Assembly: GCF_009834535.1 (NCBI RefSeq)
Contig: NC_045715.1
Coordinates: 21,018,001-21,082,000 of the forward strand
Source: Camelus ferus
Lineage: Eukaryota
Direction: 5' to 3'
DNA: 64,000 nt
In this document: positions 1-14,599 of the stretch, one piece after another
Layout: every line of letters starts with the position of its first letter
Numbering within the stretch: position 1 is the stretch's first letter
Notes under the pieces: model-generated
Told to the model about the DNA's origin: nothing
Databases searched by the model: none
Seen by the model: the letters and a program-made list of their open reading frames with translations, nothing else
Program-made: the position numbers and the translations under genes

Positions 1-837
1 AATCTCATGCCATTCTCTTCACCCCTTGCTCTGTGCCCATTTAGTTTGTCCTATATTTTGCATATATAACTAGTGTAACCTGCTCCACTGGGTGTATCAG
101 TGGAAAACTGGTCCTCCTCTTCCTAATAAAAGGTGTAGGTCCCCTTTGTGATTCAGCATTGCTTGTCCAGCTCCCTGCACAGGCTCAGCCACCACAGCTC
201 TTCAGGGAAGGAGAATTCCATTCTCAGTACCTCACTTTGGCTCCCTCTTCCATTTGCTCTCTAACACCATGCCGCTGTGCCCCAAACTACAAGGGCCGCG
301 CCAGGACAGCCAGGAGGGGAGGTAATTTCATCACTAACCACAGACTTGTGCCAAAACAGTCCCCTCCATTTCTGTGTTGAGCCTCAGATCACTAACCTAG
401 ACTTCTTTTCCCCTCAAGTTTATTTCTGGGTTCTGTGCCAGAGTAACCTTAGTCCACTGTGACTAAGGCTAAATACTCTGATTCTTAGAATCCCCGTGTT
501 CCTATTGAAAATTAACCTACCTTTTCTCCCTCCCTCTTCCCCTTTTCATTTCAGGGATTTCTGGGAAAGGCAGAAAGTTAAGAATAGTCACAAAAGATTT
601 GATTATACCCTAATCCCTGGACAAAGATTGCTAATTTGTATTATGTGTGCCTTAACTGAGAGGTCCACTCCAATGACCCTTTGAAGATTTGTTTCTCTCA
701 GCTGAAAGAAACTATACTCTGTTACAAGTGTATTGCTTTGTAATGTTCTCTTACTGTTTTCTGTGTGTTTCAGTTCCATCACTGGAACACAATCCACAGG
801 GCATGGATCTTGTCTCTATTTCTTTTGTTTCCTTCTT

Positions 838-940
838 CTCCATTCATTCATTCAACAAATATTTATTGAGCATCTGCTATGTTCCAGGCAGAATGGTAGG
901 AACTGGGGATACTTAGACAGTCTCTGCTCTCATGGAACTT
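838..940 (-). mobile_element. L2 LINE 3'-end remnant
   Basis: CATTCATTCATTCAACAAATATTTATTGAGCATCTGCTATGTTCCAGGC is the typical L2 3' terminus read on the opposite strand. Confidence 0.65.
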
Positions 941-1389
941 ATAGTCTGGCCATGGAGAATAAGTAATTACAGCGGTATGAAGAAGTGTGTGTGATGCCAT
1001 GAGAGTGAATGAGAGATGAGGGCATACTTCTTGAGAATGAGGCATTTTTTGCTGCCATCTAAAGAATGAGTTAGAGCTGAACCTCTGAGAATACACCAAA
1101 AGACGCCATACTGAGGAAAACTGAATTAAATAGTCAAATTTGTCTCCTTAAGAGAATCCCTTGTCACCATTGTGACTATACATAAAAACAAACATAGGCA
1201 CTGAAACCCCTAAAAACAGTAATCCAAATCATCCAAAATGAAAATATTTTTATTTTTAAGAAGATGATCCATTAAAATGAAAACACAAAATTTCTAAGTT
1301 TTATAAGAGGACTGAGAAGTCCCCAGAGAAGACATTCATGGATCTGTAGGTTCCCCAGGTCTCAGCTTGAGAAACACAGGACTAGGAAG

Positions 1390-2055
1390 GGGCCAAGAGG
1401 TGAAAGCTCAGAAATGGGCAGTAGCCTAAGCTGCCCCCGCAAAGTATTACTGCATGAATGTTGATGGACTCACACTGCTTGCTCTCTCCCAGTTCCCTGC
1501 CCCATGAGTCCTATTATGCTAGGGCTCAGTTCTCTGGAGACAGTCACTAAAGAATCAGCAAGAAGGGATACAAACCCGGAGGATTATATCCCCAGGCCTG
1601 GCTAGAGAACGTGGGCTCTCAGAGGACCTGGCCATATTCTACTGCTCTCCTTGCCCTGCCCCATTAAGGGCATTGTTTTGCCTTCATTAAAGATCTAGGC
1701 TGATGGCAGAACCCAGGGAGATGTTCATGAGCTGGTGTGGGGTAATTGTGAGCTACTGGTGGTTCCATGTTGTTTCAGCACACACAGAGCATGACACTTC
1801 CCCTCCAAATGGGTGACCTAAGATTCTGTAAGCAGATAGGGTAGTGGGGTCCCCATAAGAAAAGAACCAGATAATAGCTTTTTAACATAAGAGAAGCCAT
1901 TTGAGGCCCAAGCCATTTTGTGATCTAAGCCTAGCCACAATGCTTGCCCTTGAACGGGTCTCAATCATAAAGATTTTAAGGGGAACAATGCAATGCAATA
2001 CCAGGCAAAAGAAGTAACAATAGCAAAGACAATGAATCAGTTGTAAAGGCTTCCA
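1390..2055. mobile_element. Possible ancient LTR (ERV/MaLR-like) remnant
   Basis: General LTR-like composition and no ORF; family not recognised and boundaries approximate. Confidence 0.3.
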
Positions 2056-2057
2056 GT

Positions 2058-3046
2058 TCTATTCAAGGTCTTTAGTGTTTCCATACAAACTTAAAAATTT
2101 CTTTTGTTCCAGTTCTGTGAAAAATGCCATTAGTAATTTGATAGGGATCACATTGAATCTGGATATTGTCTTGAGTAGTATGGCCATTTTAACAATATTG
2201 ATTCTTCCAATCCAAGAACGTGGTCTATCTTCCCATCTGTTTGTGTCATCTTCAATTTCTTTCATCAGAGTGTTACAGTTTTCAGAGTACAGGTCTTTTG
2301 CCTCCCTAGGTAGGTTTATTCCTAGGTATTTTATTCTTTTTGATGTGATGGTAAATGGGATTGTTTCCTTAATTTCTTTTTATGATATTTCATTGTTAGT
2401 GTGTAGAGATGCAACAGATTTCTGTCTATTAATTTTGTATCCTGCAACTTTACCAAATTCATCTGGTAACATCTTTAGTATTTTCTATGTATAGTATCAT
2501 GTCATCTGCAAACAGTGGCAGTTTTACTCCCCCCCCCCCTCAACTTGGACCACTTTTATTTCCTTTTCTTCTCTGATTGCTGTACTTCCAAAACTATGTT
2601 GAATGAAAGTGGCGAGAGTAAACATTCTTGTCTTTTTCCTGATCTTAGAGGAAATGCTTTCAGCTTTTCACCATTGAGTATGATGTTAGCTGTGGGTTTG
2701 TCATGTGTGGATTTGATTATGTTGAAATACGTTCTCTGTATGCCCACTTTATGGAGCATTTTTAATTGTAAATGGATGTTGAACTTTTTTAATGGAGGTA
2801 CTAGGGATTGAACCCAGGACTTCGTGCATGCCAAGGATGTGCTCTACCACTGAGCTATTACCCTCTTCCTGAGGTTGAATTTTATCAAAAGCTTTTTCTG
2901 CCTCTCTTGAGCTGAGCATATGGTTTTTATTCCTCAAATGTGTTAATGTGGTGCATCACACCAATTGATTTGTGGATACTGAAAAGACCTTTCATCCTTG
3001 GGATAAATCCCACTTGATCATGTTGTATGATCCTTTTAATGTATTG
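2058..3046 (-). mobile_element. L1 LINE fragment (ORF2 RT / C-terminal region), interrupted by a SINE
   Basis: Minus-strand peptides [10 protein letters not shown]...[13 protein letters not shown]...FNVIPIKL and [34 protein letters not shown], plus EKAFDKIQ, are canonical L1 ORF2; frameshifts and internal deletions are present. Confidence 0.92.
2785..2866 (-). mobile_element. tRNA-Ala-derived short SINE (camelid type) inserted in L1
   Basis: Reverse complement reads AGAGGGTAATAGCTCAGTGGTAGAGCACATCCTTGGCATGCACGAAGTCCTGGGTTCAATCCCTAGTACCTCCATT with A and B boxes; GTTGAAYTTT is duplicated on both sides (TSD). Confidence 0.9.
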
Positions 3047-3478
3047 TTGGAAGACTCCCAGTTCAATTTCAATAATAAGAACTAGCCTGAAGCACTTTCT
3101 CGAGCCGTTTTGCAGAATTTAACTTCCCCTTCAAGCACTCAACCACTAGACCAACAGGAACCTAAGGGGTGCTGATGTTGACCTTTTCTGACCCTCTTGA
3201 CTTCAGTCAACTAAAGCTTGGACTCTGTCAATCTTTGCCCAAATTCTATGCTAAATCCTCCTCTGCTCAAGCCTCTTCATGAATATATATGTACCCTTAG
3301 CTTAAAACTTCCCCAATTTTGCTATTCAAGAACACACTGCTCTGGGAAAGATCCCTCGTGTTCTCCTTACTTGCTGCAAGTGTTAAATACCTCCTTCTCC
3401 CCATCTTTGGCTTGGTTGTGTCTTTTGACTCCACATCCACCAAGAGGAAAATTCAGTTTTCCAGGGAACAGTTCTTTT
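3047..3478 (+). mobile_element. Solo ERV1-type LTR
   Basis: LTR-like body with TATA-like TATATAT, R/U5-like CTTTGGCTTGGTTGTGTCTTTTGACTCCACATCCACCAAGAGG and terminal ...GGAACA; it truncates the L1. Confidence 0.6.
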
Positions 3479-4299
3479 CTTATCCATTCAACAATCCTTA
3501 CTGAGGACTCAGAATTAGCCAATGACACATGGAGATAAATAGCGAACTCCCCATCAGTAGTCTAACAAGAATAGTGATAGTTAACAAAAGCTCCAGATGC
3601 AGGGGCAAAAGTGATCAGTGGCAGGGAAGTTATTTCCAACCGGGGTGATCTGAAAAGGATTCCAAAGGGTTGAGCCTTGGAGGATGGCTGTAACTGTGAC
3701 ATGTAGAGATGGAAGGGATTTGTTGCAGGTGGAGGACGCAGCACAAGGCAGGAGATATAAGGAAGGGAAGCCACTTTCCACCCATATTATTCGTCTCCAG
3801 CTTGTCAGTCTCAGCTTTTCCAGAGTATTCCTGTACCCATTCGCAGCGCCCTGTCAGCAGGCATCAAGCTGGTTGGGAGTTTTTACACCCTCACATTCCC
3901 CTGCATTCCGTCCTCACCACATGGAACCATATGCCGCACTTACTGTCTGCCAGTTGTCATCAGCATAAGAGACAAAATTTCTAGCTTTCCAAAGGCTAAA
4001 TAAATTTCCCCTTCTGTTTAGCTTTGATGGTTTCTGTAGTTTTTAGTTCTGCGGGATTTATGTCAAAATAGTTCCTCTCTCCTCTCTGCTCCTGATCCAT
4101 TTTGCTTGTGCCTTCCTTATGGGCAGGGTTTTCAGGGAGGATGAGGCCTTGAAAGGCAGCCTTTTCCATTGTGAAATGTCTAATGATGATGTTTAATGAT
4201 ACCACCCCCAACCGTGAATGATGACCACAGTACCACTTGCTCTAAGTGTCTCATGTATGTTATGTCACTTCTCCTCACACAACTCCGGGAGCTACTTCT

Positions 4300-6520
4300 T
4301 TAGTCATTCAGCAAATCTTTATTAAGGGCCTCCTCTGTGCCAAGCAGTGTACTAGTTTCTGGGAATAAGACAGAGGAAAAAAGCCCTGGATCTCTTGTGG
4401 CTTATATTCAAGTGAAGATAATAGGCAATCAAAATCAGTCACTAAAATATAATGTCAATTTTGTACCACAAGGGGGTATTAGACAAATAAATAAATAATA
4501 ATCAAAAAGGAAAAAAAAAATAAAGTAGCAAGTGCTGTGAACACAATAAAGCTGGATAAGGCAATGGATAGAAAATGCCCCAGGTGTATATGGTGCTGTT
4601 TTTAATCAAGTGATGAGGGCAGGCCTCCTTTCGGAGGTGACATTTGTGCAAAGACGTGAGTGTTGTAAGGGAGCAGGCATGCAGCTATCTGAAGGAAGAG
4701 TGTCCAGGGGAAAAAAAACACGAGTGCAGAGGCCCTGAGGCAGGAGGGAATTAGATTTTTATGCTAAATTCGTGGCAGCTAGAAGAAGAGCAAAGGGGCC
4801 AGAGTGGGTGAAGCAGAGTAAACAAGGGAAAGGGTTGGAAGGGATGCAGTCAGAGAGGTGGGGAGAAACTGGGTCAGGTAGGCTTCACAGGCCGAGGTAA
4901 GGGTTTTGTTCTAATTGTGCTTGGGGGCCATCAGAGGGTTTGAGTGAGATGAATGACATTATCTGGTAATTTAAAAGATCACCCTGAGGATGGGGAGAGT
5001 ATAGCTCAGTGGTAGAGTACGTGCTCAGCATGCACAAGGTCCTGGGTTCAATCCCCAGTACTTCCATTTAAATAAATAAATATATAAATACCTAATTACC
5101 TATCTCCCCAACCCCCCCAAACCTCAACAATGTTGAGTTATACAACAAATAGCTCCCCCCGGAAAAAAGAGTAAAAGATCACTCTGGCTTCTATATGAAG
5201 GAAGGACTGTATCAGTCAAAAATGAAAGCAGAAACTTCAATGAAGGGGCTAAGGTAGCATGGAAGCTTGGATTTGGGCAGAAGAGAGGGCCAATTGTAGA
5301 GTCCTGAGGCTCTCTAATATTTAGCAGTCTGGAAGACTTATATTATTATAACATGTTTGTATGGTGATGGGAATGTTTCAGCAACGAGGGGAAAACTGAT
5401 CATGTGGGCAAGATAGGGGATAATTTCAAGAGTCTCATTTCTGAGCAGGTGAGAAGAGATGGGATCCCAGTGCACAGATCGGGTGAGGACTGGGAGAAGG
5501 TCAGCTTCTCCGCCATAACAAGGGGAAGGCAATGAATTCAACAGGGATACAGGTAGCCTGGTAGATCTGGGGGTGGGACCATGAGGAAATTCTCTTCTGA
5601 AAGTTTCTATTTTCTCACTGAAATAGGAAGGAAGGTTATCATGTTGTGAAATTGTGGTCTCAGATTTGGGGAATGTGACCAACTGGGGAAATACAGGCTT
5701 GGCCATTTCTGGAGGCCTATAGGAAGCAAGACTAGTAGGTATGACTGTGTCCCCCCCCCCCCACACACACACACACATAGTCAGTTGTTGGGTGCAGGTG
5801 TGGTGCAGACAGGATTGGATGGAACCAGGGATAAAATGTGTGGAATGGGGAGGGGCCAGGAATACAAAGCAAGGGCTGAAAGGCAAATCCAGTGTGGAGA
5901 CTTGGGAGCTGCAGTAGGTACTGAGGGAGGTGAGAAATGAGGGGATCAAACAGCAGAGGAGAGTGAGAGAGTCAATGAATGGGAGTTCTGGGTGAAGTTG
6001 AAGAATTTTTGGAACAGGGGTACTGGGTGGAGGAAGAGGGGGTGACATGAAAAAACTGAAGAGATTTTGGAGGTGTGGCGATTACTGGTTGTAACCAAGT
6101 CAAAGATATGATACAGGGCTGGGAGCGGGAAATCATCAACGGAGGTGAGGAAAGGAAGGAACTGACAGGGATGCTGCATGGTTATCTGCATGGATATTGA
6201 AGCCGCCAAAAATAATGAAATGGCAGAGGTGGTGGTAGAGAGGAAGGCAGTAAGCTAGATACGGTATCTTCAGTGAGGATTCAATGGGAGCATGATGACC
6301 CAGACTGAATCATGGGGAAATCTGAGCTCCCAGTCGGTGCTGGGTGTTCTAGGTGCCAAAGACTCTCCTGGATGATGGAATCTCTGTTGACAGGGGTGCA
6401 AGAGCCAAGGGAACCATGTTTGGAGGGAGTTAAGGTAAGGTGGGAGGAGAATTGAATTGAATACACTTTCTGAGGGAGGATTCTCAGTGAGGTGAAGAGA
6501 TCTGAGAGCAGTCGTTTTCA
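4300..6520 (-). mobile_element. Long degenerate L2 LINE fragment (3' end into the RT region)
   Basis: Begins TCATTCAGCAAATCTTTATTAAGGGCC (L2 tail), has a purine-rich L2 body, and the minus ORF 5338-6048 contains L2 RT-like WDPISSHLL. Confidence 0.75.
4992..5172 (+). mobile_element. tRNA-Ala-derived SINE inserted in L2
   Basis: GGGGAGAGTATAGCTCAGTGGTAGAGTACGTGCTCAGCATGCACAAGGTCCTGGGTTCAATCCCCAGTACTTCC plus an AT-rich tail; TSD TAAAAGATCACYCTG on both flanks. Confidence 0.9.
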
Positions 6521-6834
6521 TTTATTTTTTTTCTCTGCTTAATTCCTTTTGATTCAATTCATTTAAAAGATTGGTAGAAGAGGTTTTGTCTAGTGAGGAT
6601 CTGAAAACCCCAGATAAGCCAGATTTTGCTCCTGCCTTCAAGTAACTCACTAGGTAAGGTGGGGACATCAAGATCTCAGGTGGGAAGAGATGAAGAGATG
6701 GGGGGAAAATCCCGATAAAGTAAACAATGTATCTAACTTAGACACAGGATCCCTTTCTCCTAAAAAAAGTTGCTGTGGTTGAAGCCACACCTTTTGGTCT
6801 CTCCTCTCCTGGTGGTCCTGGAAGTGCCTCCAGG

Positions 6835-7012
6835 CCTGTGATTCACAGCCTTGGCTGCCCTTTGGAATCAGCTGGGGATGTCTTAAGAGATGTTGATACC
6901 TGAGTCCCACTCCCAAGAGATTGTGATTTAATTGGTCTAGGATGTAACCGGGGCTTTGGGATTTTTAAATGCTCCCCAGATGACTCTAATGTATGGGTGA
7001 GAATCATTGTTT
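6835..7012. mobile_element. MER5-like hAT-Charlie MITE
   Basis: GAATCAGCTGGGGA...GATACCTGAGTCCCACTCCCAAGAGATTGTGATTTAATTGGTCTAGG...CTCCCCAGATGACTCTAATGT resembles MER5A/B. Confidence 0.6.
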
Positions 7013-7149
7013 CAAGGAATGCCTGGACCTTTTTTTTTTCCTCAAAGTTTAGATTTTCTTTTATCCCCAGATTCTATTTTTATTTCCCAGGAATTGTTAA
7101 TGGGCTTTGTTGGTGACATACTGATACTTCCTTTGCCCTTTAGGAATAT

Positions 7150-8760
7150 TCAGTCTGGTAGTGATGCTCAGAAACCCACTGCTTTAGTCCGACTCATAGT
7201 AGAGAGAGATTCCTTCTTGCTGTGGTCAGGGGGTGAATTGGCCTGGGCCTTGAAGGATAGGTACATTTTGGCCAAGTGGGGATGCAGATGTGAAGCAAGG
7301 GAGAACACTGAGCAAAAGCTTAGATGTGGTCTGAAACATGAGAAGCAGCAAGCAGTTTGGTTTGTAACAGGCAGAGACTGGAGAAAGAGGTCTTAGATTT
7401 GAGAACAGCTGGGCAAAGACCTGGAGGTGGGAGTGATGATAATACAGCATGGTTCCGGAGAAAGCTGGATGATTTGAAATTATGGAAGGGGTTGAAGGCC
7501 AGATTAAAATTTTGTAAACAGTTGAGTAAGCAACAGGAAATCTTGAAGGGCTTTTGAGCAGCAGGGTTCTATAAGGAGTGTGTTTAGGGAGGATAAGCTG
7601 ACGGCAGTGTCAAGGAAGACTTGGCTTAGGGAGCCATAGGAAAGAGGGAGATCTATTAGGGGAGTTGTTGCAATAATCCTAGGTGGGGTCATTTTTCCAG
7701 CAAGAGTTGGGGAAGAGTTACAGATCCAAAAGACACTGTGATGGTAGAAGTGACTTGGCTTGACAGCTCACCAAAGGTAAAGGGAGGAGGGAGGTGGAAG
7801 AGGCACCAAGTTTTCAGATAAAGGAGCTGAGAAATGGTGCTGTCAACAGAGATAGGGAAGGAGGTTTCCGATGGTATTTCATCAGTTTGGTTTGGAACAT
7901 GCTCAGTTTAGGGGACCAGCAGCATGGTCCACGAGGCCAGATCTCCCTCTTTCCTATGGTAGAAGGGGTAAGGGAGCTCTCTTATAAGGGCACTTATCTC
8001 ATTCATTAGCTCCCCTCCTCAAGACCTAAGCACCTGCCAAAGGCCCCATCCTCACATTGGGGATTAGGCTTCAACACATGCATTTTGGGGGAACACAAAC
8101 GTTGGATCTATAGCAGAGAAGCATTTGGTTACAAATGATGTCTGAGTTTGGAGTGGATGATATTTTCAAGGGAAATTCTCAAAGAAGGAAAAAAAAAAAT
8201 CCAGAGATAGACACTTAGGCAAGGGAGGAGAAAAAACAGGTGGGGAGAGAGGAGGAGGAGGGGTGATTTGAGGTGTGTGTGGAGGTAGGTGGGGAGGCAA
8301 TAAAATGTCCCTGAACCTGAGAAGTCGGGAATCCGGGGTCAAGGGACAAACATGGGGAGGTTCAGAGAGGCAGAGTACTGTGAAAATGCCATTGATTTTG
8401 GCTCCTGGTAACTTCTGGTCATTGAATACTATTTGAAAGAACAGTTTCAGTAAAGGAGGGAGTGGAAGCATATTTCAAAGGGTCAGGAAGCAGTGAATAT
8501 GAAAGAAAGACACATCTCTAACAATAATACACCCTATTTAAGGGAGGGGAGGTGAGTGGGTGGTTGAGGAAGTACAAACAGCAAACATGAGTTTTTTCAA
8601 GAAGTTTGGTAAGGAAGGCATATTAAACTGGAAATGTCCAAAGGAGAACCCATGATTTCCATCCTCCATCTGATCCTCATCCCATGTCTCCTATCTCGGT
8701 GCATGGCTTTCCTTCTAGATTATAAGCTTCGTGAGTTTCAGCGTTCACACCTGCTGTCTC
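7150..8760 (-). mobile_element. Degenerate L2 fragments
   Basis: L2-like purine-rich motifs such as GAAGGGCTTTTGAGCAG and TTGCAATAATCCTAGGTG; boundaries approximate. Confidence 0.5.
7920..8115 (-). mobile_element. Partial MLT1A-like (MaLR) LTR
   Basis: Reverse complement starts TGCTATAGATCCAACGTTTGTGTTCCCCCAAAATGCATGTGTTGAAGCCTAATCCCCAATGTG, the MLT1A/MST 5' end. Confidence 0.7.
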
Positions 8761-8941
8761 ACCAGCAACCTGCATGGAATTCAAGATAGGACCCTGTCTT
8801 GCAGGTGTACAGCTGAAGATACCAAGTCCACTGCTTATGCCACCTCCCCTCCCCAACAGGTCTCCTGGTTGCCCTCAGGATAGGAGAGGACAACTAGCCC
8901 CAGAAGGACCTGAGAGGCTATTGATCTCTTCCCTGGTGCTT

Positions 8942-9268
8942 TGCTGTGGTCAGAATGTTTGTGTGCCCCACCTGGCAATTCATATGTTGAAATCTTAATG
9001 TGCAATATAATGGTATTAGGAGTTGGGGCCTTTGCGATTGGTATTTAGGTCATAAGAATAGAGCCTTCAGGAATGGGATTGTAAAAGAGACCTCACAGAG
9101 CTCCCTAGCCCCTTCTGCCAAGTGAGGATACAATGAGTCTACAACCCAGAACATGACCCACACCTTACAGTGCTGCCACCCTGATCTCAGACTTCCAGTA
9201 AATTTCTGTTCTTTGTAAGCCACTCAGTGATAGTATTTTTGTCATAGCAGCCTGAAAGGACTGAGGCA
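8942..9268 (+). mobile_element. Near full-length MLT1A-like (MaLR) solo LTR
   Basis: TGCTGTGGTCAGAATGTTTGTGTGCCCC...ATATGTTGAAATCTTAAT...AAATTTCTGTTCTTTGTAAGCCACTCAG...GTCATAGCAGCCTGAAAGGACTGAGGCA matches both MLT1A ends. Confidence 0.85.
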
Positions 9269-9819
9269 GACTCCCACAGCTCTTTGCTCCCTTACCTTCC
9301 CTACACTGGAACAAAACACCAAGTAGAGCTCTAATTCAAGTTGTCTGCCACCCTCCAGCCTGCACACAGGAATAGCTGTGGGCAGTTGGCATCTTTTCCC
9401 TGCCCCTGACATCCTATCCCTGGCCAACTTTTTCAGAATGGTCTGCCTTCTTTCCACCCAACTTCGTGGCGTTCTAGGGGTAGATCCCTGAGTCTCCTTG
9501 TAAATCCTCCCTCTCCAAAGCCCTAAGCCCATTCTGGTACAGAGTGGAAAATGTGTGCTGGGTAAAGAAATTCCCACCAAGAATGGACCCCAAAGTCCTC
9601 CCCAGTAAGATTCCTAGGGAGGCCCCCACTCCCATATTTGTGTCTGTTTCTCTAGTGTCCTGGGACTCTATCTCCTCCTGCTTTGTCTTTGTCAGTTTTC
9701 TTTTTTCAACCCCCACCCCACAAGGGGAGATAAGGGGAGGTGAAAGGAAAAGCCAAAAGAGCAGGGTCTTTGCAAGGCTGCAGTCTTCAGAATTGCGGGT
9801 GATGAATCTACTTAGTCTA

Positions 9820-9825
9820 TTTAAT
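9820..9825 (-). terminator. Likely PRRT1 polyadenylation signal (ATTAAA)
   Basis: TTTAAT on +, about 900 nt 3' of the PRRT1 stop. Confidence 0.55.
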
Positions 9826-10719
9826 GTTGTCTTTCAGAAATTCACACACACACTCACACACAGATCAGAACAAGGTGGGGACTACCAAGGGGAGCAGGGA
9901 GTGTGGAGCGGGCCGGCTCCCTCGCGACACTGGGAGATTTGTACCCTGGGTTCCGTTCTGCCCGACTGCCCAGGAGTTGGGATAGGAGGAAAGGAGTATT
10001 TACAGAGAAGAGGGACGTAATCTTCATTTCAGGGTGAAGGTCCCTAAACTGGGAACCCCCTAAATCTCATTCCAAAAAAATCAAAAGTAGATAGAGGCTC
10101 TGGGATTAGCAAGAAAATAGGCGGGTATCAGGGTGGAAAAGAGACGGAAGTGTACTAGCAAAAAAACGGGAGTGAGAGTTGCGGCATGGCTACCCCCGAG
10201 TTCGGCTCTTGCGCCAGGAAAAGGGGAGGAGTCTGTCGGTTTGAGGGCGAGGCCTGGCGCCACAAACCCAATCACCGGACTGAATCACCCCGCAGGGAAA
10301 AAAAGAAGGCGGAGCCTGCCGACCTGGAGGCGGGGTTTTGTCAGAGCTGGGGCGGAGCCTATGGAGGAGGCGGGGCTTTAGGGACCAGTCTCCAGGCTGC
10401 GGAGCAGTGACCCAGGGAGCTCGACTGGGGGTGCTGCATTTTGAAGGGGTGGGGGCCTGGAGCGACTGAGGGCCCAGGATTTGGCAGGGATCCCGGGAAG
10501 CGGTGTCCCTGTTAGTGTGTGTTTTGGCGAGGTTCCTGAGGAACTGGATTCGGAGCGTGCTCACAAGGCGAGAGTTTCCGTGGAGGCCTAGTTTAGGATG
10601 TAAAGAAGTCCGGTGGCCCCAGAAGCGGGTGCGCAGGGCGCCCATTGGATCCGCGGCTTGACGGTAAAACGCGCTTGGGAGGTCGAGGGGCGCAGGGTGG
10701 GGCTGGGCTGGGGGCATCC

Positions 10720-13102
<2,383 letters not shown>

Positions 13103-14599
13103 GCCTGCGGTCTCCCTGGGACAGGATCCGTGCAGCCGGAGTCCAGAGTCGGGGTCCCTGGCTAGCACCGGAGTCTGGGTGCGCAGATTGAGCAGCCGGC
13201 AGCAGCGCAGAGATGGAGAGATGAAGACAGTGGCGGCGGCGGGCGGAGGAAAAGCGGGGGGGGGGGGGGGGGAGCTTAAAGGGACCGAGGCGAGGGAGGG
13301 GGAGTGCTTCAGACGTACCCCCTCTTGGTCTCTCTCCTCCTCTCACCCCGGCATTCAAGCCCCCAGTTTGGGCTCCTTTGGAGTTGTCATGGAAACAGGG
13401 AGGCAAGCAAGACCAGGCAAGGCGGGTGGGACTAGGGGAAGGAAGGAGGGAGAAAGAACTCTCTAGAGTCTTCCCCTCCAAGACTGGCTGTAGTGATTAT
13501 ATTATGAGAGGAAGCCAAGCAGGTGCTCAGTGGATTCAATACCCCAGTTCCCTCTGGGTCTGGTTCACCCCAGTCAGGCCTCCCCCTTCTCAGCTTCCCT
13601 CAGAGTCCCTGTAAGATCTCAGGATCTTCTCCCAAACCTTGGCCTTAGTTCTCCCCTCTGAAGGAGAGATAACTATGAGAGAAAATGGCTTGCATAGCGG
13701 AGACCAGAGATGGCCTGGAAAGTTCCCAGGGTTCTGGCCTCGACCTGCCACCTTGGCCTGGGATGAATGGGGAGGGAAACCGAGAGGCTCCAGTTCATAG
13801 CAGTTTGGAGGTAGCAAGGTCTGCGGTGTGGTGGTGGTGGTGGTGGTGGGGTACGACTGGAGGAAGCTTAGGGGATAGAGATACCTTCTTCCTCCACGGC
13901 CAAGGAGCTGAAGCGCTTTGGGAGGAGGGGATGAATCAACTGCTCATTGCTAGCAGCTAGGTTTGGGAATACGTGCTTTGTCCCCCCTCCCCTCCCCCTT
14001 GCTTATTGGGCTTCTTAGAGTTTCCAGGGGCCTCAGTGTTCAATCCATTCCTTTAGTCCCACCCACTCACCACCCCCGCCGAGACGCTGCGCCACTGCCT
14101 GAGTCAACCTGGGGCCACAGCGGTAATTGCAGTCTTTTTATTTTGCTCTTTTCATCTCGGGAGCGCGTACGTGGGGAGGGGAGGTGAAGATTAGCAGTCT
14201 ACCGAGATTTACCAGCGTTGGCGTTTTGCAAAAACATTATTACCCGGAGTCGCTATTACCCACCCCATCCTCCCCCCTTAGACTAGTACTTCCCAGTACC
14301 CGCCTGAAGCAGTCGTTCTCCGGAGCTGTCCTTCCGCTCCGAGTCCAGGAGGAGACTACAGAGGTGTAAATGAGGAGCTCGCCTGGGCCAGTCCCAGGCG
14401 CCAGAGATTTAGATTACGGCCCCATCCTCGCCGTTCTGGTTTCTAAGGGGTTCGTGTGAGCCCCTAACCCCACTACCGCCACTCCATCATCATGACTCGG
14501 GCGCAAATTGGTTTTATTGGGAGATTTAGACTGGCAAAGACTTTGTAAACAGAGGGAGGGGTTCTGATAAGCAGCAAAATCCTTTTATCAAGGGAAGTG

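Noticed and set aside
1-830. LTR-like or unknown sequence at the window start, and unassigned DNA at 3560-4200
   Set aside because: No family, ORF or structure could be supported; needs RepeatMasker or BLAST.
4992-5066. Apparent tRNA-Ala genes (also at 2785, 19133 and 40364)
   Set aside because: Broken acceptor and anticodon stems, AT-rich tails and TSDs show they are SINEs.
13103-13270. Stop-free in-frame leader with near-cognate GTG/CTG starts upstream of the PRRT1 ATG
   Set aside because: Expected by chance in a short GC-rich 5'UTR; no independent support.
13829-13849. (TGG)7 tract and G16 run (13257) near the PRRT1 promoter, plus other homopolymer C/G runs
   Set aside because: Ordinary simple repeats; G-quadruplex potential is ubiquitous in this GC-rich locus and not distinctive.
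14322-14345. REST/NRSE-like GGAGCTGTCC upstream of neuronal PRRT1 (also TTCAGCACC at 41201 and 56209)
   Set aside because: Only half-sites are present; the partner half is missing in each case.
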